DNA of 61,388 nucleotides, counting the filler, from Sphacelaria rigidula (taxonomy: Eukaryota), in the NCBI GenBank assembly GCA_964200075.2. It is 4 parts of 4 records of this genome, joined end to end, with 100 filler letters (N's around TTAATTAATTAA, not from the genome) between each part and the next. Parts side by side here need not be neighbours in the genome. Positions count along the whole stretch, not along the records: positions 1 to 15,275 come from CAXNAA020001828.1; positions 15,376 to 30,649 come from CAXNAA020001829.1; 2 more parts are not named here. One strand, written 5' to 3'. The notes beneath the pieces are model-generated. The model was not told the DNA's origin, did no database searches, and saw only the letters and a list, made by a program, of their open reading frames with translations. The position numbers were made by a program, and so were the translations under genes. Positions within the stretch are counted from its first letter, which is position 1; each line of letters begins with the position of its first letter. Of the stretch, positions 13,356-24,500 are shown one piece after another.

Positions 13356-15275
13356 GATCTATCAATGATTATCCTTTCTAGCTCTTGGCTTTCAGGAGTC
13401 TGGACAGATACTGGCACTGTAGCTGTTTATCCGCCTCCTAAGTAATTAACTGCAGACTGGGGAGTTCAGTCGTCCCCAAGCCGCAGGTATTGGATTGGGC
13501 CGCCTGGAGTACGACAATCTCAACGCGATATTTTTTACCTGAAGCATCAAAAATAGCAACACACTTGAATCTTTGAGACTTTCAGGTGTGCAGCAGCAGT
13601 AAACGATTATAAGTTGTCCTTCTTTCTAAATTTTCATTCGGCATGGCATGCTGGACCCTATTTTCCCATGCATAGGTACAAGAAATGGCGAGATTAGTCT
13701 AAAGGCTGAAGGCGGCATGTGACCGCGGTTTGAGAAGGCAAACCGTGGGCGTTCGATTTTCAGTCATACTCCAATCCCTCGGGCCGTGGAGCTTGGTCTA
13801 AGCGAAAGAGCAGTTGCAGACGAGCATGTCGCGATTTGCAAGGAAGGAGCGCCCGCCTACCGGCTTCGAGGTTGTGGAACCGACCCTCAATGCACTGGAG
13901 AATGAGCTGAGGGAAAGTGAGGCATATGTCGAAGTCACCGTCCTCCGGCGTTACCCACCGCACTGTTGAACTTCTATTCTACTGTACAGCTGATGTACTG
14001 ATTGAATCCTCGTGTTCCTTGCCTTCGGTTTGTTCCTTCGCACGTCATGTTGATATTGCGCGAGCAAGCGCACGCTAAGCTTGGATACTCACGCCATAAA
14101 TCAGACCTTCGATTATTTTCAGTCTTGCGTACCGAGTGATATTATTTTGGGCGACGTTGTGTCCAAGACAACTCGCGGCGCAATCTGTTGGGTGCCCCTG
14201 TGGAACGGGTTTGCAAGCACCCTAGGCGAAGCAATTGCGGTAGTGCTGTCGTGCCGTGCTGCGAGCAACATCCGCCGCTGCACTCAAATAACTTGTGGTT
14301 TTGACGCCCTGACAATTATATGTGACCTAAGCTCGTGGTCTGTACCTGCCATCACTGCATCTGCGTTCTGAAGCGCGACTCACGTACAGTCGTCGAGGAC
14401 AACCCACCCCAACTAACAGTGCCACCCGTTGTGCTGACAGCACTGTTTTCACTACCACTACGCCAAAGCTATACCGGTACCATCTACCGATAAGATGGCG
14501 TAGCGATTAAACCTTTGACTGCCAGATGCCCTGGAAAATGCTGATGTGGACTACTGCATGAACAAGTCCAAACTGCTGTGACATCACACGGCCATTGCTA
14601 TTATAGCAGTTAGCATCAGAAGTTTTCAGAATTCGTAGTTGTTCTAGTTTTTGAGGTTTTCTCGACTTCTATTCTTCATTACTACTTGAAAGTGCTAGTT
14701 CCGGTAGATTTAGGGGGAAAGCGTATGCCGCGCTCAAACTGCAGTGCCGAAGTTGGTGTTTTTGGGGGCGATACGGACTAGATACCCCGTTTATCAGGCG
14801 GGTGTTATCGACGGTTTTTGGTCCAATAAAAACAGTCGTCCGGCTCTTCCGCAACGAAACGGTAAATGTTCAGATAAATGAATACGTATACAATTCTTCA
14901 CAATGAAGATCGAGAGCGTGTTTCCCTCCTATACTGCACAGACCTCAGTCAAGCTTTTTCTGCGGATGTCCTCTTTTCGGGGGGTTTTCTCATAATATTT
15001 TTCATGAGCACTCGAAAGTGTAATGTCCCGTTCCAACAGCAAGTTGGCTAAAATCACATAGCTTACATTTTCTTTGCAGTATGAACAGGCAGTCATGTGA
15101 ACTATCGTTGCTCTGCCGACCCGTCATACGTGACCAGTGCGTCATCGAAAATAAAAATCGCTCCAGACGCCTTGGGTTCTGCCTCGAAACCGTCTGCCAG
15201 AAGACAGTCGTATTTTATCTGTGAACTTGTCCTCACAAGTCAAGGGATAAAAGGGTATTCGCTCATGATACGTGA

Positions 15276-15375
15276 NNNNNNNNNNNNNNNNNNNNNNNNN
15301 NNNNNNNNNNNNNNNNNNNTTAATTAATTAANNNNNNNNNNNNNNNNNNNNNNNNNNNNNNNNNNNNNNNNNNNN
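15276..15375. other. Artificial scaffold linker N44-TTAATTAATTAA-N44
   Basis: Exactly 100 bp with a six-frame-stop core; identical to the other two linkers. Confidence 0.95.
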
Positions 15376-15468
15376 ACCAATGTACCGCGCAGATATCGGA
15401 ACGGCTTTTAATGTGAAGACAACAACAACAACAACTGGAAACGACGAGGAACTCCTATCGACTCTCAC

Positions 15469-15594
15469 CTGAGCTTGTAACGAACTCGCCCGGCTACGGA
15501 GTATTACGGCCAAGCTTGGATGCTGAGGGCCTAGAATCTTCTCTTGTATTGCCTGGCACCGCTCTAAGAGTGGCTCCGCCTCGTCGTACTTGCC
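15469..15594 (-). CDS. TPR exon 13 (42 aa); the array probably continues into the gap
   Basis: GKYDEAEPLLERCQAIQEKILGPQHPSLAVILRSRASSLQAQ|gtgaga; no stop codon, and the contig ends at 15376. Confidence 0.92.
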
Positions 15595-18500
15595 CTATAA
15601 TGCAGTCCACAGCGCGGGAGCATCGTATTTCAGGCAAACCATGTTTCGAAACTGCAGCAAGACGTTGGCTCAATCGCCTCGCACCGGTGTGCAACCGAGA
15701 CGTGCTGTACGTTCAGGGCCAACAGGATACTACCTGATCTCGACGGCTTGCAGGTATAACGAGTCCCTATCTTCGTACTTAGCGTACCAAGAAAATGTTG
15801 GCCCGAAGAATCAGTTGAAAACATCGTTAGTTTTACTAGACATTGTCGCTGGAAGGTAGAGAACCACAAGGAATTTAAGTCGGCTCACACCTGAGCTTGC
15901 AACAATCCCGATCGGTTGTAAAGTGTTGCGACCAAGCTTGGGTGCTCAGGGCTTAGAACCTTCTCTTGTATCGCCTGGCACCGCTCATAGAGTGGCTCCG
16001 CCTCATCGTACTTGCCCTGCAGTGTAACCGACAGCACGGGGGAGTCGTATCTCTACCGAACTCGAATCTGAAACTGGGAGACTCTACCTCAACCGCCTGG
16101 CACGGCTGTGCAGCCGGAAACTGCTGTCTGTGCCTTCACGGCTACGAGTATACCACCTGACCTCGACGGCTCGGGCAATACAGCGCGTTGATCTGGTCAT
16201 ACTGAGGGTACTAGTAAATGTTGGCCCGAGAGATCAGCTGGGAATACCGACAGACAGCACACAACGTCATCAGAAGGTAGACAACCATGTCGAATTTCCA
16301 TATGATGTCACCTGATTCTGCAGCAACCCCGCTCGATCGTGGAGCGTTTCTGCCAAGCTTGGGTGCTCTGGGCCTACAACCTTCTCCTGTATTGCCTGGC
16401 ACCGCTCATAAAGTCGCTCCGCCTCGTCGTACTTGCCCTGAGACGTAGCCGACAGCAGAATGTTACCATCTCTCAGCCAAAATCGGATCTCGAAATGTGA
16501 AAAGGCCCATGCTCAATCGCATCGCACTGCTTGCCCGGCCCAAACGTGCTGTACCTTCAGGGCCAAGCGTACATACCCCGACTTCGACGGCTCGGATGTA
16601 CAGCGCGTCGCTCTTGTCGTACTTCGGCTACCGGAAAATATTCGCCCAATGGACCACCTGGAGACATTGAACAGCACACAACGGTAAAAGGTACACTGAA
16701 AACTACGAGGATTTTCTATCGGCTCTCACCTGATTTTGCAGCAAACCTGCCCGGCTGCGAAGCGTTGCGGCCAAGCTTGGGTGCTCAGGGCCAAGAACCT
16801 TCTCCTTTACGGCCTGGCACCGCTCAAAGAGTGACCCAGCCTCATCGTACTTGCCCTGCCATGCCGTCGACAGCGCGGAAGAGTCGTATTTCAGACGAAG
16901 TACGATCTGAAACTGCAGCGAGACGTTGGCTGGCTCGACCACTTCGCACGGTTGTGCGATCGACACGTGCTGTGCGTCCAGGGCCAAAACTATTTCCCAT
17001 GATCTTGATGGCTCTCAGGGATAACGGGTCGCTTTCGTCGTACTTAGTTTTGCGAGTAAACGTTGGCCCGAAGGATCAGCTAGAAACATCGACAGCATAC
17101 ACTGTTATTGAATTGTAACAGTCAACCCCGACGATTTTCTATTGGCTCTCACCTGAGCTAGCAACAGCCCCGCTCGGTTGTGGAGCGTTGCGGCCACGCT
17201 TGGGTGCTCAGGGCCTAGAACCTTCTCCTTTATGGCCTGGCACCGCTCATAGAGCAGCTCCGCCTCGTCGTACTTGCCCTGCAGTGTAGCCGACAGCGCA
17301 GGGGCGTGGTATTTCGGTCAGAGTTCGATGTAGGAATGCGGCGAGGAGCTGGCTCAACTGCCCCGCACGGTCGTGCAATGGGGAAGTGCCGTGCGTTCAG
17401 GGCTAGTACACACTCTGATCCCGATGGCTTTGGTGTACAACGTGTCGCTCTCGTCGCACATCTCCCCCTAGCCGAAGCTTGCGAGGAAGATCAGCTGAAT
17501 ATATCCAACATCACGCAATGTAGTGCACGGTCGAACAGTCACCTACAACGGTCTCGAACCTGATTCTGTAGCAACCCTGCTCGGCTGTGGAGCGTTGCGG
17601 CCAAGTTTGGGTGCTCAGGGCCAAGAATCTTCTCCTGTATCGTCTGGCACCGCTCAAAGAGTGACCCAGCCTCTCTGTACTTGCCCTGAAATGCCGTCGA
17701 CAGCGCGGGAGCATCGTAATTCAGACAGACTACAATGTGAAACTCGAGATTCTGCTTAGCTCGACCGCCCCGCACGATCGTGCAGCCAAAACGTGCGGTG
17801 CATTCAGGGCCAAGGGTGTACATCCTGATCTCGACGGCTCGCGGGAAAGATGGGTCCCTTTCGCCATACTACCAGCGAATGTTGGCCAATAAGTTCATCT
17901 GGGAAAATGGGTAAGACACAATGCCATTTGTAGGTAGACAGGCAAGCACGTGGGAATTTCGCCGGTTCACCTGAGCTAGCAATAACCCCGCTCGATTGTG
18001 GAGCGTTGCGACCAAGCTTGGGTGTTCCGGGCCTAGAATTTTCTCCTTTATGGCCTGGCACCGCTCATAGAGTAAACCAGCCTCGTCGTACTTGCCCTGC
18101 AGTGCGGTCGACAGCGCGGGAGCATCGTATCTCAGCCGAAGTGGAATCAAGAAAATGCGACAAGTCGCTGACTTAACCATCACGACAATAGTGCAGCCGG
18201 AAAGTGCTGTACGTTCAGGGTCAAAACCTCACCCCCTAATCTTGACGACTCTGAAGTCTAATGGATCACTCTCGTCGTTAATCTCCCAGCGGCTAATGTT
18301 GGCCAAAAGGACCACCTGGGAACATCGACAGCACAGAGTGATGAAGGGGAAACTGAAAACCCCGAGGGTGCCCGATCGGTTCTCACCTGATTTTGCAGCA
18401 ACCCTGCCCGGCTGTGAAGCGTTGCGGCCAAGCTTGGGTGCTTAGGGCCTAAAAGCTTCTCCTTTATCGCTTGGCACCTCTCATAAAGTGGCTCTGCCTT

Positions 18501-21500
18501 GTTGTACTTGCCCTGCAGTGCAGTCGACAGCGCGGGAGCGTCGTACTCCGGTCGGGGTGCGGTCCGAAACTGCGGCGAGACAATGGCTGACTCAACCGCC
18601 CCGCAACAGTGTGCAGCCTGAAGAGTCGCGCGTCCAGGGCCAAGAGTATGCCCCCTGATCTCGACGGCTCGTACATATACAATTGGTCGCTTTCGTTGCA
18701 TTTAGCCCACCTACCAAGCATATGTCGGCCCGGAGGATCAGCTGGAAACATCGACAGCACACAATTTTCCCGAAGGAGACGGACAACTGCGGGGATTTCC
18801 TACTGGCTCTCACCTGATCTTGCAATAGCCCCGCTCGGTTATGGAGCGTTGCGGCCAAGCTTGGGTGCTCAGGGCCTAGAATCTTCTCCTTTATCGCTTG
18901 GCACCGCTCATAGAGCAGCTCCGCCTCGTCGTACTTACCCTGCAATGCAGTCGACCGCGCGGTAGCGTCGTAGTTTGGTCAGAGTCTGATGTAGGAATGC
19001 GGCGAGGCGCTGGTTCAATCACCCCGTACGGATGTGCAGTCAAGAGGTGCTGTGCGTTAAGGGTCAAGAGTATACCTCATGATCTCGATGGCTCTGGCGT
19101 ATCACCCATCGTTGTCGTAGCATGTCCCCTACCGGCAGATGTCCCCGAGGAAGATCAGCTAAAAACATCCAACAGCACGTATATGAAGTGCGAATGTGAA
19201 CAGGCACCTAGGGCGGAGCTCCATCAGCTCTCACCTGATTCTGCAACAACCCTGCCCTGCTGTGGAGCGTTGCGGCCAAGCTTGGGTGCTCAGGGCCAAG
19301 AACCTTCTCCTGTATCGCCTGACACTGCTCATAAAGTGGCCCAGCCTCGTCGTACTTGCCCTGCAGTGCAGTCGACGGCGCGGGAGCGTCGTATTTCGGA
19401 CAGAGTACGATGTAAAACTTGGGCGAGAATTCGCCTGATTCAAGCGCCCGGTACGGTTGCGCAGCCGAGACGTGCTGGGCGTTAAGGGTAAAGAATACAC
19501 CCCTTGATTTTAACAGCTCGGACGTCCAACGGATCGCTTTCGCCATCCTTAGCCTACAGGCAAACGTTGGCCAGGAAGCTCAGGGAATACGAACAAGACA
19601 GAATGTCGTTCGAAGGAAAACGGTCAAGCCACGAGGAACTTCTATCAACCTTCACCTGAGCTAGCAACAACCCCGCCCGGTTGTGGAGCGTTGCGGCCAA
19701 GCTTGGGTGCTCCGGGCCTAGAACCTTCGCCTTCGTCGCTTGGCACCGCTGATAGAGTGACTCCGCCTGATTATACCTGCCCTGCGGTATAATCAACAGC
19801 GTGGAACCATCGTATTCCGGCCAGAGTACGATCTGAAACTGCAGCGAGAAACTGACTCAACCGCTCCCCACGGTCGTACAGCCGGTAAGTCAGGACCGAG
19901 AGAATACCCCCGATTTCGACGGCTGGAGCGTGTAGTGGGTCGCTACCGTCCTATATTCCATACCCACAAATGTTGGCAAGGAACATCAGCTACGAACTGG
20001 CCCGAGGAAGATTGCTGAAGTTTTGCTGGCCAGTGTTTTCTCTGCGCACATGAAGCAGATTTAGACAAAGTGAATGCTCCTTATGGTGTAGGGGAAAAGT
20101 GCCGTGGGCCTTGTTTTCAGTGCCGGGACGTGATGTGGCACAAGGGGCGTGCGGAACAGAGGGTATCACAGTTTATTGGGGGTGAAATCTACAAAAAGCA
20201 ATTGTGCAACGATTATTGAGGACCTTTATTAAAAACCGTGATTAGGAATAAACCCGAGGTCACTAGTGTCTAGATATTTGTTCCGCCTCTCGATCTCACC
20301 GGCTTTCTAGAGTTCCCGACCGTTCTATGCTCCACTTTCTCGGGAAAACTTGATGAATTTCCTCCAATTTTTGCGCCGTTTTCAAGAGCTATCAGGCGAA
20401 ATTTCATACACGTATTCCTCCAAGCAAGTTCCAGATCGTCAGTGTCTGATCGTTCGAAAGATTAGCCGGTATAGTAACTTCTCCAGGTAATTAGCCGCAG
20501 AGAGTACATGGAGACACCTCAGTTCTCGGAAGAAAAATCATATTTGCTCAATTTCTCACGCCATTTTCATCACTTGCAACAGAAAATTTCACAAACATTT
20601 TCCTGGAGGCAAGTCCGAGGTCAAAAGCGGTGACTGTTGACTTCTGCTCGGTTTCACCGATTTCTGGGGGCCTCCTTGCACGGAAAATGACCAGGGACCC
20701 CAACATACCGGTGAAAGCCAGCAAAAAATCGACAGATATCAGCACCGGCGATCTCGGGCTTATGATCATGACCATATGTACGAAATGTGGCGTTTCAACG
20801 CTTGAAAACAGAGTGAGAAACGACTGCCCGGGATTTTTCTCGAATCTCCCTCGAACCATCCTGTGGAAACATCAAACAGCCCCCAATGTTTTTGGAAGGA
20901 ACGTAGGCGACGACGAGGATTTCCTGTCGGCTCTCACCTGATGCTGTAACAAACCCGCCCGGTTGTGGAGCGTTGCCATCAAGCTCGGGTTCTCAGGGCC
21001 TAGAATATTCTCCTTTATCGCCTGGCACCGCTCATAGAGTAGCTCCGCCTCGTCGTACTTTCCCTGCAGCGCAGTCGACAGCGCGACAGCGTTGTTTTGC
21101 GGTAAAAAATTGATCTGAAACTGCGGTGAAACGCTGGCTCGGGTGCCTTCGCACGGTTGTGCAGCCGGAAATTGCTGTGCCTTGTATGACCACGACTGAT
21201 TGATTTGACTGATTCATCGATGGTCGCACAAAAACTGACCCAGAGGGATCCGAACGTGGTCACAAGATATTGGTGCCTGAGGTGAACAAAACGGTAAGAC
21301 TCCTTGAGGGAAACACGAGAAAGGGAGAAGACCAAGATAGAACGGACGGAGAAAGCCGAACAAAAACGGGAGACACACAAAAAATAAAATAAAATAAACC
21401 GAAAGGTATGGAAAGGAAAGGAAAACACAAACACGGATAACCGGTAAAGCCTCTTATCTCAACGGCCGGGAGGAAGAACGGGGGTCGCTTTTGCTTTACG

Positions 21501-24500
21501 TAGCCCACCAACGAATGCTGGCTCGAAGAATCATGTGGGAGCATCAGCAACACACAAGCCATGTAAACGAAAGACTGCAGGTAGTTCCCATCAGCTTTTT
21601 ACCTGATCTTGTAACAATCTCGCTCGGTTGTGGAGCGTTTCGGCTGAGCTTGGGTGCTCAGGACCTACAAGCTTCTCCTGTATCGCCTGGCATCGCTCAT
21701 AGAGTGGCTTCGCCTCGTCGTACTTGCCCTGGAATGCAGTGAATAGCGCCGTATAGTCGTAAATCGTTCAAGGTCGGATTCGGAAACTGTGGCGAGACAT
21801 TGCGTGGAATACCCGCTCCCGTGTTGACCCTCCTATTCACAGGTCAGCGTCGGTTGGCAACGACGCTGTAGAACACGCCACTAACTGCGTAAGCTAGACA
21901 ACCAAGTCACTGCTGTTGTTTTGCTCGTTTCCATTTTTTACGGTAACCGTGATATTGGTTCAGCTAGATCATATGTGCGGGGTGGGAGAACCTCAATTCC
22001 GCGCGAAGGAAATGATCGTACTACGCATTTTTCGAATGGTGAGACACCCATGAGGCAGTGTGGAACGCGACTGTGTCTGAAAAGTGGCGATACCAGAAAT
22101 TGAAGCAACTCACTGTAGGCTGCCATCCAAATGCAAGATAATCAGTACGCTTCGGGCCGAACAATGTTTAGAGGAAGCAGCTCACCCCTCATGCGACTCG
22201 CCGAATACCTCACGACGCTTCGCGCTTGGTGTTGAAGTGCGAGGCTGGTCCGGCGAAAACCCAGCGTGCTCCGTCCCGGCTTTGTTGGGATGCGAGGCCA
22301 ACGATCTTGTGACTACGGCACGCAATATTAACCCTTGGGGAACTGAGGTGCTGATCTTTGTTTTTGTGAATCTTCGTGAATCGGCATCATTTTGACTTGG
22401 AAATGATAGGAAACGATGCTGATCCACAAAAACAAAAATCAGCACTCCCTGGGGGTCCAGTTCCCAAAGGGTCAAGAGTGCACCCCGTTTTGACCCGCAC
22501 GGTAAGATTGGGATGTTTAGAGCTGAGGGACTCTTTCCCGATGCAAACGGTGTCGCATACAACAGCACCGCTTCTTTTCGTTTCTATTTTCGTCTCACGT
22601 TGAACCTCTCGCCTTCCTCGGGGCGATCGTGTGGTCTCAAGGGATCAGCCCACCACTCGTGCACGCCTTGCATTTTGGTCTCGGAGATTGGATCAGCATT
22701 TCCGTACAGCGTGAACTCTCGTGGAACGCATTCAGTCTAATCATTTTTGCTAATCGCGTTCCCCCGGTTTCAACGACATAAATTCGATACTTCGAAGATG
22801 AAACACAAACGCATCCGGTGGGAGTAGATCCCACGTTTTTTCCACCCCAAAGGTGTCAGTCATACTGTAGCAATTCTGTCATCAAAACGATGTGCACCAC
22901 GAAAGGCGAATATACCGTCATCATTCACCATCAACGACGAATAAGCAAACCTCAGAGCAGTTCTTCCGATCTTCCGAGATCCTTCGACAAAGAGGACCAT
23001 CTGCAGGACACGTATTCCAGCTTCAAAGTAAGCTCTAGAGGAAAATCAATTTACTGCGCGTCTCCATTCACAACAAATATCCTGGAATACACGGTAACCT
23101 TGCACACGAGAGAAACCACCCGGTCATTGAGCGGCCAAGAAAATTGTCGGGAGTCCACCCGGACGCACGCATTGTAGCACATTCCGGGTGATCCCAAGAT
23201 CTGAACGAGTGGCGTAGGAAGATCACTTGTCGGACCCTTCAGTACGGAATGATACAGAGAAAAAAATGACGACTCGTACTCTATTGTGAGAAGGGCACGC
23301 TCCCGCTACTCATGAAACGGCAAGTATTTCATCCTACAAGAGTCACATGACACGCGCCAGGTCGGCGCGGGGCCACTGCTTGACTGGGCAAGATGTACCT
23401 TGTTCGACGGAAAGACAACCAACACCCAGGGATGACCAGAAATCTGTGCTACTCTGCTGTTGTGACGCACATGTGAGATGACTGAGTGCTCCTCGTCTGT
23501 ACGAAACTGATTCAAACGAAGCAAAACGCACTACAAGGTCCAGGACTTCGCAGCGGGCTATAGAACGACTGGATGGTGTGTCCATAACCGTCGTAGTCAG
23601 GGTCAAGTAAAACCTGTGTACCCCGACCTGCCATCCGAACGAACCATCAGCGGCCGAAACGCTACTTCGTGATTTTGTTCGACCGTGGTCCCGTCTGAAG
23701 TGGAACTCACTTCGAACGAGACACCAAAAAGGCCAGTAGCGTGACATGAAGACTAGAGACCCACTCCCACCGACATATGACGTTGGAATGGATTTACGGA
23801 TTTCAAGCACACGGGCGGATGGTGATCCACGTAATCTGCGGATAGAAAAATCCGGCGGGTATCCGGATTTTTCCGGATTCGACCATGTGGGAATACTTCC
23901 TGCATGGATTCGATGGAGTTTGGGACAGTTATTCGGAAAAGCATGCTGGAAACACCTTCACGTGTTTGAGACTATCACGAGTAGCACAATTCAATACTCG
24001 GCGCGATCCATTCCACATCGTACGCATGAGTAATGCACGGCTTTAGGCCGTGTAGCCCCCTGAGTGGGGCACGAGCGGTGGGACGTAATGTGCCAAGGTA
24101 GCAGATGACTGAATGTCCCATAATGAAGGCGCATCAAACTCACGTGATGATGTGATGACGTCTCGTGCTGAATGAGCGTGAGTGATGCATGAAAAACGGA
24201 TCGGAAACGGATCACTGGCAAGATGTACTGCGCCCCCGTAATCGATAACCTCTACAGCAACTACACAACGGCAGCTAAAGTAAGCATTTGCCATTTGATA
24301 CCACCACCACGCGTAACTCAAGGTACAAGTCCGACACTGACTGCTGACTGCTGACTACAGTGTCCCGTGCTGTAGTGTAAGCGTACTCCGTCGAAACGTT
24401 GAAACTGTTGTGCCCGGTCAGTCTCAAGCACATCACCTTCATCCCAGCCCAACTTCGAATATATTTCATTTCCCTGATGTGCACACTGTAACTTTGTGCT

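Larger units (their letters stand above)
15420..21780 (-). repeat. Tandem array of ~420-bp units (126-nt TPR exon plus ~295-nt homologous intron)
   Basis: Exon start spacings 422, 421, 418, 423, 407, 411, 416, 427, 421, 421, then 1282 and 665 (insertions). Introns share motifs such as cagtcgacagcgcgggagc.tcgtat, tgtgcagccg.aa.gtgctgt, gatctcgacggct and atgttggcc....gatcagct. Confidence 0.95.

Noticed and set aside
12607-13368. 253-aa plus-strand ORF (likewise 41593-42441, 27127-27687 and plus-strand ORFs over the TPR array)
   Set aside because: These are antisense shadows of real GC-rich exons.
15320-15331. TTAATTAATTAA palindrome between N runs (also at 30694 and 46064)
   Set aside because: An identical 100-bp construct appears three times; it is an assembly linker with stops in all six frames, not biology.
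15469-21728. Regular repeat/spacer pattern as a CRISPR array or diversity-generating retroelement
   Set aside because: The repeats are spliceable coding exons, the spacers are mutually homologous introns, there is no cas or RT gene, and variation is not adenine-specific.
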